From contig OZ024742.1 of the NCBI GenBank assembly GCA_964016885.1, forward strand, positions 266,352,001 through 266,416,000: DNA of 64,000 nucleotides, given 5' to 3'. Below the pieces are notes generated by a model. It saw nothing but the letters and a program-made list of their open reading frames with translations, was not told where the DNA came from and did not search any database. The position numbers and the translations under genes were made by a program. Every line of letters starts with the position of its first letter. Positions within the stretch are counted from its first letter, which is position 1. This stretch comes from Eledone cirrhosa. Lineage: Eukaryota. Positions 39,690-53,899 of the stretch are shown here, in pieces.

Positions 39690-39804
39690 TATGAATGGGT
39701 TGAAAATCACTTTGGTAATGATTGGTCAAGTAAGATAATAATGACTACAGACAAGACTGTAATCAATGGCCACCTTCTTGTTGATGACAGACCACACATA
39801 AAAG
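39690..39804 (+). CDS. NT5M: NT5C/NT5M-family exon (115 bp)
   Basis: ttttcag|...|gtgagt; YEWVENHFGNDWSSKIIMTTDKTVINGHLLVDDRPHIK with the DKT and DD motifs. Confidence 0.93.
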
Positions 39805-40164
39805 GTGAGTTCACTCCTCCCATGTCCTCCAGTTAAGTAATAATTGTCTCTAACATAGGCACAAGGCCAGAAGTATCTGGGGACAAGGAAGTTGATTATA
39901 TCAACCTTAGTACTTGACTGGTACTTCATTTTATTGATCCTGGAAGGATGACCACAGATAAGACTATAAACTATGGTCATCTTGTTGATGACACTCCGCA
40001 TTGCTGATGCCCCTGTTTCCCTCCCATTCCATCTCACTAAAATATTAACACCCGTTTCTTAAATGGTGTGTTGTTTCTGTCACTGGTACTGCATTACTGC
40101 CACCATCACAATCATCATCATTATCGTCATTCTCATCAACACTGCCACCAGCAACACAACAACA

Positions 40165-40195
<31 letters not shown>

Positions 40196-40306
40196 TGATG
40201 GTGATAATTGTTTGGTGATGATGATGACTATGATGTTGGTGCTGTTTATGGTGACCACCACCACCACCACTGTCACTGCTGCTGCTACTGCTACTATTAC
40301 TACTGT

Positions 40307-40364
<58 letters not shown>

Positions 40365-40378
40365 GTCCTCTATTTCAG

Positions 40379-40536
40379 GTGCAATGAAACATCCATCATG
40401 GAAACATATTCTGTTCAGTGCCTGTCACAACAAGAAGATGACATTTCCTGAAAACAAGAGACGTCTGGAGAATTGGTTAAATGATGACTGGAAAACATTG
40501 ATTGGTGAATTTAAGAAAAAACATCAGATTGAATGA
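40379..40536 (+). CDS. NT5M: NT5C/NT5M-family last coding exon
   Basis: tatttcag|; GAMKHPSWKHILFSACHNKKMTFPENKRRLENWLNDDWKTLIGEFKKKHQIE*; candidate aataaa at 41036. Confidence 0.93.
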
Positions 40537-41624
40537 AAGATGGATTGTAATGAAAAGGAGTTAAGGCTGAGAGAGTGAGAGAGAGAGAGAAAGAAAAAAT
40601 ATTCTATTAGAATATTTGTTTTTTTTTTGCTTAATAGTTATACTTTGAAGTAAGGATTTTGGTAAGAATGAGTTGGAAGAATTTTGGTAAAAATTTAAAA
40701 TGTTAGAACAATTACTTTTACAATTGGATACCTTCTTACCACTAACAATTCAACTGTGAAAAACTGTGGATGAGACTTATTTGTCAGCGAGGCAGACTGA
40801 TGAAAGAAATACTATCAGCTTTATTTAGGGAGCTCATAATATAAACACACAATGCCTGTTTTAAAAATTGACTCATGACCATGTGGCCAGTAGTTCGTTA
40901 GCTTAGTCTCAAAGCTACTGGACTACTTTTCATGTGATTTTTTTTAAAAGTTTGTATAGATTTATTGTTCATATCTTATTGTTATTCTTGGTTATTTTTT
41001 TTATCTGTATTTAAAAAAATATTTTGCACTTTTGAAATAAAGATATATTATTATTATTATTGGATTTCAAAATGATAGCACATGTATTAACCTTGTGCCA
41101 AAGGTAGGTCACTATTTACCAGTTTAACTCTTTAGCATTCACATTACTTTCTATTTACTATTGTATTTTCATGGTAAAGGCTTTATCACACACAATTATC
41201 TCACATAATATGGAATCTGAGATTTCAATATTATTTATTTTGAGAACAATACCTTAACATCAGTATGAGCGGCAAGTTACAGCTGATTTGAACACAAAAA
41301 ATGAGAGAAATCTGGTCGGATACGGCTGGTTTAAATTGGGATTCCAAAAAAGACTTAATTTTGTTTTTGTGACTTAAGAAGCCCCCAACCTTATAGGGGA
41401 CAGTTAAACCTTAAACACACACAAAAAAACGTTTGTTTTTGTTGTTTTAAGTCAAACAACAAAAGAACATGGCAGGAGCTGCCAAAGTGACCATATCCTT
41501 TGTGAAGGCAGCTAAATATATAGAAAGAGTCTATGTCAGCGAGGAGGAAATGAGGGAGGCCAATTGGTTGGTGAAGAAGAGCAGCCACAGGGTCAGTCTC
41601 ACTCCTCCATTTGCTGTCATGGAA

Positions 41625-42782
41625 AACTGACATCTGTGTACATTGCGTGGTGAACGTGTACATCGCGTTTGTCATCTACTACAGCTTGACCGTTGTGCCT
41701 TGTCATAAGCCTGACTGCACAGGAATGTTTGCTCTTTCATTTTTTGTGGAAAGGCAGGTTCCGATGGTCAGGAGGTCCATCTGCCGTCAACACCCACTAC
41801 ATGGAGGGCTGGGCATGCCGTGGCTGATGATGCTCAGACATGCACTAAGACTACAGCATCTCTATCTCTTCTTCGATGGTGAACATGTGTGGTCGCCGGA
41901 GCTGCAGTCCTGGATCAAGCGAAGACCGAGAGGAAGCACTTGGAGACTCACAGCCCTAGACCAGTTGGGCGCTGCGATTGGTGGAAACTCCACCTTGGCG
42001 TTCTATAGAGGGTTAGTGGAGGGAAAGAGCGATGACGTCCTTGGGGAGACTCTGGGCATAGATGAAAATCAACTAGCAATCTCTTTGGGAGAACTATCAG
42101 GCCAGGGCCCATGGACTAAAAATCCCTGGCCTGCCAGTGCTATCGAGGAGCTTTGCCAGTTCGGGACAAACTCTACAGGCATGGAAGTGGCATCAGCCAG
42201 ACCTGTCCGAGATGCACGTATGGCCACCAAACCGTCCTGCACACACACGTCCAGTTTCCGAGCATTGTTGACTTGTGGGTTTATGTTGAACACCTGCTGT
42301 CGCATGTAGGACGGATCCAGCTAATCAGCTGAGTCCATCTTGAGGAGCCCCCCCCCACCGCCTTCCTTTAGCTGGGAAGGGCAGGAAGTTTTTATCTCCC
42401 TGGTGGCCATGCCAAAAGTGGGCATGAGGTGGAAACGTTTGAAACCCTGATTAACTTTTTCAAATTTCATTTGAAAAGGAAAATCAGGGTGGAGAGGGAA
42501 GTGCTCTCTTCCCAACAATTTGTTGAAAGATAGGTAAGAGAGGCGAGCATGGCCTGAGTGAATGGGCCTGTTCTTAGTATGTGCCTGTTGATTGGTGGTG
42601 GAAAACTGGGAAAGGGCACTTGTCCTGGTGGTCAAGGTCACCATGGCTTTTTTATGGGCTTTCTCCACGAGTGGCCCTTGGAGGTCTCGCCCCTATTGGG
42701 GAATTTTCCTTTGTTACTTTTTTTTGTTACATCCTTTGTATTTGTTTTTACATGCAGAAATGCGCATTTGTACCATCTTGTG
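41625..42782 (+). mobile_element. Tx1/L1-type LINE 3' half, degenerate
   Basis: ICRQHPLHGGLGMP, Zn-finger region and 3'UTR homologous to 39395-39580 and 9240-9760. Confidence 0.85.
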
Positions 42783-42883
42783 TTGAAAGGTGGAACTCAG
42801 AACACAAAATCCCGGAATAAACACTGCAAAGCATTTTGTCTGACGCTTGAACACTTGTGATAATTCGCTTTCTTCGAGGTACA

Positions 42884-43754
42884 TCTATATATTAATTTCA
42901 ACAATGTCAGTATTCCGTGTGTCATAATTCTCGATTATCATTGGTTCATAGGTTTTAAACGACTCCGCCCACCTCAACGACGCCAAACTTAAATTAATAT
43001 GCATAATGCCAGAGGGAGTGAGAGGGTAGAGTAAGAAACAGAGCCAAAGTGAACGCTGTAACTATTACCATGTGTGCGTGTGTATGTACGTGCGCGTATG
43101 TTTATGTGTGTGTGCGTGCGTGCAGCGTTCCACAGAAAGTAAAAGCAATTCGACTTTATCAAACAATGAGCTACAGCGGCGACGGCGTGCAGCCAGGAAT
43201 GAAGAAAAACGGGCCGAACAGCGCCATCGGAACGCCGAACTTCAGAGGCGAAGACATGCCGCCATGAATGAAGAGGAGCTGGCTGAACAACGCCAACGAA
43301 ACACTGGAGCCAAGCAGCGACGGCGTGCTGCTATGGTTGAAGACGAACTGGCTGAGCATCATCTTTTATATTAATTATCTATATCTATATCTACACATAA
43401 TATAAAAGATTGGAACTTCCATCATCCCTTTGAGAAACGTGGAACAACCACGTCTATGCAATGATACAGGTTTTACAGCCAGGCAGAAGATGAACCATCT
43501 CCTAGAGGTCACTATTCTAGGTGGGAGCACTTAGAATTGTTCATATACTATGCACAAACGGTACAACGAAGAATCTGGTATATCTGGAAGATTTTTTTTA
43601 CTGTTTTTACAGTATGAAGCGAGTCCGTGGTGTCACAGACACCACAGACTCGCCTCATACTGTAACCAGACAAACATCCAATACAGTCATTTTTTCTTTT
43701 ACCTGTCTTCTCTTATCATCTGTTTACCCGAGCGAAGCTGGGTACGTCAGCTAG
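42884..43754 (+). mobile_element. non-autonomous Helitron(s): two A|TC 5' ends (42884, 43378) and one 3' end
   Basis: a|tctatatattaa and a|tctatatctatatctacacataatataaaa; 3' hairpin cccgagcgaagctggg then CTAG|T; ~23-aa R/E-rich repeats at 43160-43360. Confidence 0.72.
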
Positions 43755-44880
43755 TGCCTATTAAAAGAGAGGATATGAGACGAAAAGAGAAATTATTTGC
43801 CAAATTAAACCTATAGGTTGTTTCCCTTGACATATCGCATTGACATGAGTTTTCTCCCTTGACAGTCTGTATTGTTGAAATTGCATTTTGATACATTATG
43901 AAAAGTATCGTGACAACAGTATTGTATTTTAACAGTGTGAACTAAACAACTACTATGTAGTCGCTCGACGTACTAAACAGCAGCCAAGTCATTCTGAAAT
44001 TATACTATATTATATAAAGAAACGACATATCGAATAATGTAATTTAGTGTACATTATTCCTAATTAAAAGACCATGGCTGGAATCATAGTTGTGATTGAA
44101 CACGGCCGAGCTGGGGTTAAACAACACGCGCGCGCATGTGTGTATGTGTGTGTGTGTTTGTTTTAAAAGTAGTCAAAATATATATTAAGACTATTGTTAC
44201 AGCAACAACACCAACAACATGTTTGTATATGTATTGTATCTTTATTTTCTTAAATTATATGTGTAGGTAATTGAACAAGGAACAGTAAATTACACATATC
44301 TATTTCGACACGACACACAAACTGTAGAACTGTTGAAGTGATGCGAGGATGTAACAATAATAACACTGAATGTAATTCAGAGGCGACAGAAAGAATTGTG
44401 AAGTCCTAAAACTGACAGAATGTCAGAGTATACTTCGAACCTGCTGAATAGATTGTGTAAGCATAATATATATCCCAAAAGCATGAGCTCACTTGAAACA
44501 CGTGAATTCGATATGATTGACTGTCGTTATCGGAACAGAGGTGGCTACCCGCAGGTGTGACCCTCGCCAGCTGGAATAGCTCTTCCAGCGGGTCTCCCTC
44601 ACCATTCTCCGTGGAAATACTTTCTCTATTCTGTTGCCTTGGTCACGGGGTGGCCATTGCGTGGGCACCCATTTGCTCATAACAGTGAGAGATGGGGAGA
44701 GACAGAGGTAGTGACAGTGGGAGGTTTGGTTCTTTTGTGTTCGGACCTGGTGTATATGTGTGAGCATATTTTCATTAAACAGCACTTAATATATATATAT
44801 TAGTTCTGCACAGATATTCTCCTTTTCACTAATCTCTACTGTTATATTGGTCAATATATATATTTGGTAGTTTATTCTCC

Positions 44881-44948
<68 letters not shown>

Positions 44949-44990
44949 TATCATCATCATCATCGTTTAACGTCCATGAGGATATGATGA

Positions 44991-45027
<37 letters not shown>

Positions 45028-45127
45028 AGGGAGTGTAACGTGAAGTTACTGTAGATTCTCCCAGGTGAACACTCGATGTTTAGGTTCACGTCAGTGGTGA
45101 GGTGTAGAGCTAGACACTGTAAATATA

Positions 45128-45408
45128 ATAATATAAGGAAGATTTGTTAAGCCTTCATTACGTTTATTGATTGGTGACGTGCGTTTCGCTACTGATCAGC
45201 TCAAGTTTCGATCTGCATCGATCTGGCCCGACTCTGGAATCAAAAGCTCGTCGGACATCTGCTGTTGTAATTACAGAATGAATCGACGAGCTTTTGATCC
45301 CAGAGTCTGGCTAGATCGATACAGATCGAACCTTGAGCTGATCAATAGCGAAACGCGCGTCACTAATCAATAAACGTAATGAAGGCTTAACAAATCATCC
45401 TTGTATTA
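45128..45408. repeat. imperfect palindrome (~133-bp arms) carrying 3' halves of a hammerhead
   Basis: GAAA cgcgcg TC ...aataaa at 45350-45374 and its mirror; two extra inverted termini at 45425-45465. Confidence 0.85.
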
Positions 45409-45763
45409 TATATATATATATATATATAATACAAGGACGATTTATATATATAATACAAGGACGATATATATATATATATATATGTATGTAGGTGTGTGTG
45501 TGTGTGTGTGCACGCGCGTGCGTGTGTATGTGTGTGCTTATGTTTGCGTGTGTGTGTATGTGTGCGTACTTGAATGCACGTTGTTTAGTGTTAGGTTGTT
45601 CAGCTCACGACCGTAAGGTCGTAATTTCCATTCCTGACCTGAGCCTAAATACCAATTGTCAAAGTTGGTTGTTTTTGTTCCGTAGCAAGTAAGTGATGAA
45701 TGTCAAACTTAAATGTGTTCAAGCCGAATCCAAGTAAAACACAGTGAGAGAGAGAGAGAGAGA

Positions 45764-45860
<97 letters not shown>

Positions 45861-46212
45861 AACTTTGTTTGTACTGCCTCTCCGTTTTCGTTCCGTTCCA
45901 ATTTTCACTATATATAAATATATATATATAAGACTATACAGAGCTTTTGTAGTTGTCCCAAATTGAAGGATGAGTATTTTAAACTTTATTTTATCATAAG
46001 TTAAGGCTCGATTGATTTTTCCCTGGATTTCACTAAATTCTGTTGGATAAATCTATATCCTGATTCTTTTTGAATTGAGTTTGAATTATTTTTCCCACAT
46101 CTTACGTTAACTATTTTCCCATTTTGGCGCTATAGTCACTTATATGTTATGGAATACTGTTGGCTTCTTGCTACAATACTTTCTATACCTTTCATTTATA
46201 TATATATATATA

Positions 46213-46590
46213 TGTCAGTTCGCTCTCGAGTGCTACTGGTAACATGTAACCCAGTACAACTTGTCTCATGTTCGGGTCGTCGGTGGCTAAACTGGCAACT
46301 CCACCAAGTTTATTTGGCGGGGAGGGTGATATTTGGACACCCTGCGGGATGAAATACAAGACCCAGCAAAGAGCAGAGGACTCAGCAGAGCCAACAGCCA
46401 TACAAATAGTACTTTCTTTTTTACCTGGGAGGGAAAGGCCCCCAGTTGTCACAACACCTTGCTAAAAGAGGGGAACATCTGATGAAGTTGACCAGTTCTC
46501 CTTTTCGTGTAGTGTTTTTGATACTCAGAGAGTGGGATTGGTCGAGTACAAGGCCTTTACCCACTTAAAAAACCTTCAAAGCACAGACAT
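46213..46590 (+). mobile_element. interspersed repeat resembling an RTE 5'UTR; copies at 47820-48330 (-), 48470-48620 (-), 53170-53562 (-)
   Basis: shared gctactggtaacatgt...ggcaaccccaccaagt...ggacaccctgc; ctaggagaagg...actccgatataaaacct in the minus copies. Confidence 0.6.
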
Positions 46591-46700
46591 TGCTTGTTCA
46601 GGTTATGTTACAGGTTCGTGTGGCTGACTGTAGCCTAAAAGTGCACCATTTTATGTAATCTGACAAGCGATTGCAATACTCTTAGCAGAGTTTGCAGCCA

Positions 46701-46839
<139 letters not shown>

Positions 46840-48664
46840 CATACACACACACACACACATATATATATATAAATACACATACTTACATGCATACATACAT
46901 TCATACATATATGTATGTTCGTATTGCATCCTAACACGTACCTAACCAAATCATGCCCACTGTAACATTTGAACCCATTAGTACTAACTAACCAACACTT
47001 TCGACGCTTCTACAGTGGTATCATTGCTTATACATTGTTAGCTGCTCCCATTCTTTCATGGCATATATTTTAAAGCGAGATTCAAACATTAAACAATTAT
47101 GCGGTAAAAAGAAAGAAAAGGGAAAGGAAAAAACCCCAAACACACAAGCAGGTAATACACACATCTAGGCCCACATACAAAAGGCCGGCGAAAGTGGTGG
47201 ACAAACGAACCGCCACCAGATAACGATATCGCGAGAAGCACTGAAAAAGTTAAAACTTGTTACCAACAATTAAAAAGAAAATATGTGGTTCATAGAGATA
47301 AATCTATCGATCACTAGACTGATACACTGTTCATTCAGTTAACTACTATTCCTTTTGTGATTGAAAAATCACTATTTTTACATAAATTTTCGCAACCCAA
47401 TCTTTTATATAATTTTTTTTTTATACAAAGAACATTATTATAGTTGTCTCCCTTGAAAATTAGAAGTTAACTCCCTTAAAAATTAGAAGTTATTTCCCTT
47501 GAAAATTGGAAGTTACCTCCCTTGAAAAAAATAAGCGTTGAAATACGTGGATATGCATACATACATGAAAGTTGGGAAGGAACTCCATGGATGAAAAAAT
47601 ACATGCTTACCAGCAAAAAATCATGCATGGATGTTGCCAGGAAACTCCAGAATGAAAGTAAGATGAGCAATGGAGTCTATCTGGTATCAACAGCCGTTCA
47701 TTTTGAAGGATATGTTTTTGCAATCCAAGACCAGGAAATAAACAAAAATATCGAGTTTGGCCATTGCATGATATACCATTATTAATAATTATTAATTAAT
47801 TCTATCGTGCAACGCCTGTACGTGAAGATATTTTTTAAAGTGAGGAAACACTGTGCACTGAGCCAATCCTACTCTCTGAGTGACAGTAGCTATAACCCGA
47901 AAAGAAGAAAAGATCAACATCATCGGTAACTACTGAGCCGCAGGTTTTATATCGGAGTTATCCCAGTTTCCTGAGTTGCCTTCTCCTAGAAGAATGCCCT
48001 GACAAAGGCTAGGGGTCCTTGACTCCCAGTAGTTTAACCGCGCGATCGGGTGTCCAGCCAGACTATTTCTATGTCCCCGCGCATATACATACACATGCAC
48101 GCATGTATATACACATATACATATTTACACAATTTTAGATGGCCGTTGACTCTTATGAGTTCTTCCGCCCTTTGTCAGGTTTTGTTTTTTGTCCTGCAGG
48201 GTGTCCAAAATCACCCTCCTCACCAAGTAAACTTGGTGGGGTTGCCGGTTTAGTCGCCGACGACGACCCGACCATGCGGCAGGTTGTACTGGGTTACATG
48301 TTACCAGTAGCACTCAAGAGTGACCCGACATAAACATACATACATACATACATACATGCCATCGCTTGATACTTAAACATGAGTATCACAGACGTTGTAT
48401 GTTAGTCCTGCTAGGGACTTGCCTATGGCCAGCAATACGATTCATCGCAAAAAAGTCACATATCAAGTGATGCCTGTGCTTGAAGCTTTTTTAAGTGAGG
48501 AAAGGCTTTGCACGGGGCCAATTCCACTCTCTGAACATCAAATGCATTTGTCCAAAAAGAACTGATGTACATCATTGGATGCAAACGAAGTTGCAGGTTT
48601 TATATTAGAGTGACCTTCATGTGAAGAACATATATACACACACGCACAACATACACATACGCGT

Positions 48665-48764
<100 letters not shown>

Positions 48765-49059
48765 TTTCTCCCTCTTGCCAGAAGTGTCATCTTTTCATTG
48801 AACATTGCAATCAACTGACGCTGGTCGCTTTTTAGCCCAGCTGTTCTCCAAGCACCCCCACAGATGTGCCACTCTCTCTCTCTCTCTCCCCCCCCTCTCT
48901 CTCTCTCTCTCTCTCTCCCTCTCTCTCTCTCTCTCTTTCTGCTGACTGAGTTGTGTCTTCAATGTATTTTACCATGCCTGGTCAGGCCACCAGATGACTT
49001 GCAAATTAAACTACACTCAGTACAAATATACCGCCGTAGAACCATCTCGCAAGCTGCTT

Positions 49060-51715
49060 GATTTCTCCCTGGCTCATGTGACTTCAGGTGGTTGACTAAC
49101 CCAGCTTTTGTCAGAAGAAATCATCCACACACATTACACTTCAACTATTGCAGAATTTCTGCAGGTACTGCATTTGAGTTTTGCTTACGGAGTGAAGGCG
49201 TCGAAGCCAATGTCTCCCACTTAAGCATATAAATCTCCAAAACTTTAAGACTTTTTAAAACCACTTTCTTCCATCTTCCATTCCGTTAATATAACCAGTC
49301 CAACACATCTTGTTTAAAATTATCCTTTTCTCAAACTGGTACTGCCCGCTTTCTAAGTACAGTAGTAGCAATTGTACAAAAGGATCATTTAACATTCAGG
49401 ATGTGCCAGATACAACACTAAGGAAACCTTTCCAACTGGTTGATATGATAACTGAAAGTTGTCAACATTTAGTACCCGTACAGCAAGGCTGTGAGAACAC
49501 AGGCCTCATACACAGAGTTTTGTGTGTCTTGTGATACTCCTATCTGACCGTACTCGCTTCTCGATTTTCCCAAAGCAACACTAGCTTTCGCAATCTTGTG
49601 ATTTATTTCAGCATCAAGGGTGCCATCTTTACTAAGCATACTTCCGAGATACACACGTGTGTCCACCACTACAAGTCTTTTTCCTCCTGCGAAGATGTCA
49701 AGGTCTACATATGCTTTCTCAACTGGTGGAGTGTACATGATCTTTGTCTGCTTTAAGTTAATATTGAGTCCAAGTGCAGTGTTCTCTACTGAGTGAGCCT
49801 CAAGATTTGCATCATCAGCATAAAATAACTCTCTGACAAAGTGCCAAATGTTTTTGATTTGGTGTTGAGACATCTTACATTGAAGATTTTGCCAGAGATT
49901 CTAAATCGCATGTAAACACCGAATTTCGCAGCCACGGAAGGCATATGTTAGTAACACGGCAAAGCAGACGGAGAAAAGAGTGAGAGCTGGTATGTAACCT
50001 TGTTTGATACCATTGTTTACTGAAAGAGGTTCTGAAAGTTTGCCATTGAAGTTTACTTTACCTGAATGTTGTGATGAAGCTTTTTGTATATCCCGACATG
50101 ACCCACAATGCACTACGATTAACTGACAAAGGCCTTAGTAAGGTTCACAAATACTTGAAACAGTGTTACGTACTGTTCAACATACTTCTCCGTTAGGTGG
50201 CGGGCTGAGAAATCGCATACATAGCACCACGCCCAGCTCTGAAACCTCGGTGAGTCTCAGGGATGACACCAGGACAGATCCATTTCGTTAGTCAATTTAA
50301 CAAAACCTTGGATAGGATATTCCTACTGATTCGAGTAGTCGTATACCATAATAATCACCACCTTCAAACCTGGAGCCCTTGCCTTTGTAAATGGTAAGCA
50401 TAATTGCATCTACTTAGTCAGATACATCTAGCTCATGAATTAGCTCAACAGGTATTCCATTCAAACCTGGGGTTTTCCTTTTGATAGTAGACCCTATGTC
50501 ATCAAGGGCTATATCGTTAAACATCTCTGTCTTAACCCCTTTTTGCGACAGTCCATTAATAATTTCCTCATCAATTACAGATGGGTTATCACACAGAACT
50601 TTAAAGTCTTCAGGTCACCGTTTAATGAATTCTGTTGGATCTTTTAAGAGAGCATATTCATATTTTGACTTCAATAACATCACTTCTGAGGGCTATGAGC
50701 CAAAACGCTTGCCTTATTGTGCTGTATAATGCCTTCAAATCACTAAGCTCTCTGCATTTCCGCTGAAACTTCAAACCACCAGTTATTTTTCATTTTTCGA
50801 GTTTTACATTTCAATTTTGAGTTTGCTTTGTTGAAGGTTTCCTCAAATGTGACCCATATTGGATCTTCTGCAACAAGGTACTTCTCATGCAGCTAGTTCC
50901 TCTCTTCAATGACCCTGGTAGCATCATTATCATCATACCAGTCTCGGTATTGTATCTTCTTAAGACCGAATATATCAATCCTAGCATTGTAAACCCGTGT
51001 TTTGAACTGTTTCCAAGTCCCATAAAAAATAATGTTGTCAAGTGCATTATGAAGAGTATCTTGTATTTCTAAATTTTGCTGTTTGGACACATCTATACAT
51101 TTTGGCACAATAATCCCCATTACCCTCACTTTTCTTCTGATCTGCATTTTCATCTTGCTACGTACAAGTTTGTGGTCTGTATCACATTCTGAACCACGCA
51201 TTACTCTTACAGAAAAAATATCCTGAGTGACCCTATTACTGGTGATGATATAATCCAAGATGTGTCCATGCTTAGATCTTGAATGTATCCTTGTTTTTGT
51301 GGATATCTTTTGTTGTAAGAAAGTATTGCACGAGACCAATGGTATTCATCTTACCCACGTCATAATGCCGCAAAATACTCCGGTGCTTTGGTCAGTTCTC
51401 ACACATTGAAATCTCCAGCAAGATCTTATCTGCCTGCGGAATAGATATTATGCGCCATCGTAAATATTGGTAAAAAGTCATGATTGATTCCTGACTACTA
51501 TATAGAATAGGATCATACACTGAAATGACAGTTATGAGACGTCCTCTTGATAGAGAAATCCTCAGAGGTATAATACAATCGCCAATGTGGTTGCTCCAAC
51601 CGGTTAGTGATCTCTGTCTGGACAGTAAAAACCCAATCCACAATTTCGTTTCTCCCCCATTTGGTTTCTCTTTCCAGAAGAACGTGTAGCCAGCATCACT
51701 TTCTGAAACGTGATC
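49060..51715 (-). pseudogene. degenerate RTE (BovB-like) LINE: APE endonuclease, RT, terminal C2H2-like motif
   Basis: HSRSKHGHILDYII, ECDTDHKLV, NGIKQGYIPALTLF, LFYADD, YLGSMLSKDG. Confidence 0.85.
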
Positions 51716-51721
51716 CTCATT

Positions 51722-52886
51722 GTTAAGACAGATATCAGACTATATCAATAATATACCTGCTCAATTCCTTGACTACAATATCATACATACATACATACAC
51801 ACACACACCGGAAACTTCCACATCAACAGTGACATTGACTTGAAATGTAAGCAGGGAGGCAGAGGGCTAACATCAGCCCAGACAGCATTTGAATGTTGCA
51901 TCATATCCCCCCGACAACATCTACGAACCTGCAAACTATTGAGCAAGTCTGTCTGCATGAGACAGATAATATCATGAGAGTTGGGAAGGAACTCCTTGAA
52001 AGATATTCCCTGCATGATAATCATAAACTCACACCCAGGGAAATTGCCCAGCAATACCACAGCGAACCTATGGATGAAAAATTACATGCTTACCAGCAAA
52101 AAATCATGCATGGATATGTTGCCAGGAGGCCCCAGAGTAAAAGTAATATAAATAAGCAAACTAGTCTATCATGGACCAACAACCGCCATATTGGCTCTCA
52201 CTTTGAAGGACATGCTTTTGCAATCCAGAACAGGAAATCAATACACAATACCGGATTCACAAAATAGATAGGGATGCAGGTAAAACACCCAGATGTGACA
52301 AAAAAACACAGACTCTGCAGAATTAACATCGAAGATGTCAACTATGTCATATGCAGCTGTCCAAAGATGTCATCACGGTACTAACTACCTATGAGGTATG
52401 ATGTCGTAGCGAAATCACTATGCAATCCGTAGAAATAATAGCCCCGGCAATAAACATAATAAAAGTTACAGCAATGTCGAAGTCATACTCATACATAATA
52501 TGGTGGAGTACTGGTGGAATGTTCTAGTCAAAACCCCGATAAAATGCAAACATAACAGACCAGATATAATGACAGGAAAAAAAAGCATGCACAGTAGTGA
52601 AAGTAGCTGCCCAGTAGATGCCAATATAATATTAAAGATTAGCGAAAAAGAGAATATCAATGAAGAACTAAAGAGTAACCTGCAGATACTCCACCTTGAC
52701 TATACCTTCAGATTTATACCTGTGATTATTGAGGCACTGGGATATATTAGTAACTGCCTCAGTGCAAATCTTGAGAAGCTGGGCATCACAGAACCAGAAA
52801 GAGCACGACTAGTTAGGAAATTACACGTACAATTCATTAATGGAATAGTAAAAATATGTAAAGTATTCCAAAAATGCTGCATGTAA
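51722..52886 (+). pseudogene. R4/Dong-type LINE 3' part (CCHC and restriction-like endonuclease); fragment at 47586-47750
   Basis: GGRGL, KIMHG, EGHAFAIQ, YWWNVLVKTPIKCKHNRPDI, IPVIIEALG. Confidence 0.82.
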
Positions 52887-53595
52887 TGACTGCATATACA
52901 CATGTACAGATACAAAATATATGCACATGCACACATATAACTCAAAACATCCACATCCACACATACAACAACATCCATATCTGCACACACACGTACGCAT
53001 GCAGACATGCATACATATCTACCTAGTTGATGTGGTCTAAATTCCAATGAAAGAGTCTTGTATCTATGTTAGAAACCGACTTTCTCTCTATTCACAAAAA
53101 AATTATAAAATTATGAAACCAGAAGAACATACATACATATGGCCATCAATACCATGCACCGCAAAAAATGTGACATGTGTGCTTGAAGCTTTTTTAAGTG
53201 AAGAAAGGCTTTGCACGGGGCCAATCCCACTCTGAATATCGAATGCATTTGCCCCAAAAGAAGAACTGATCTACATCATTAGATGCAAACGAAGTCGCAG
53301 GTTTTATATCAGAGTGACCTTCTTCTAGAGAGATGTCTCTAGGATTCTTTTGATTAAAAAAAAAATATTGGATGGCTATTGACTCTCCTGAGTTCCTCCG
53401 CCCTTTGACGCGTTTTGATTTTCATCCAGCAGGCTGTCCAAAATCACACTCCTCACTAAGCAAGCTTGGTGGGGTTGCCTGTTTAGTCACCGACGACCCG
53501 ACCGTGAGACAGGTAGTACTGCTTCACATGTTACCAGTAGCGCCGAAGAGCAACTTGACATAACATACCTACCTACCTACCTACCTACCTACTAC

Positions 53596-53687
<92 letters not shown>

Positions 53688-53899
53688 GCACACACACACA
53701 CACACACACACACGCATTGATTATAATCTTAGTAGCTAACACTTCATTACTGAGATTTTAAATTCAATGCCATCTAATTCAATAAATAATGTCTTGTCTA
53801 ATCAAACGATGTTTCATATTATCAAAATTAACATATTAGCAGTTAATTAATAATTTTATTCACTGAATAATATTTCATTGCAAACAATTGGGTTCGACA

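Noticed and set aside
44500-44650. GC-rich nested hairpins, possible ribozyme on the minus strand
   Set aside because: Core nucleotides and stem I do not fit; left unassigned.
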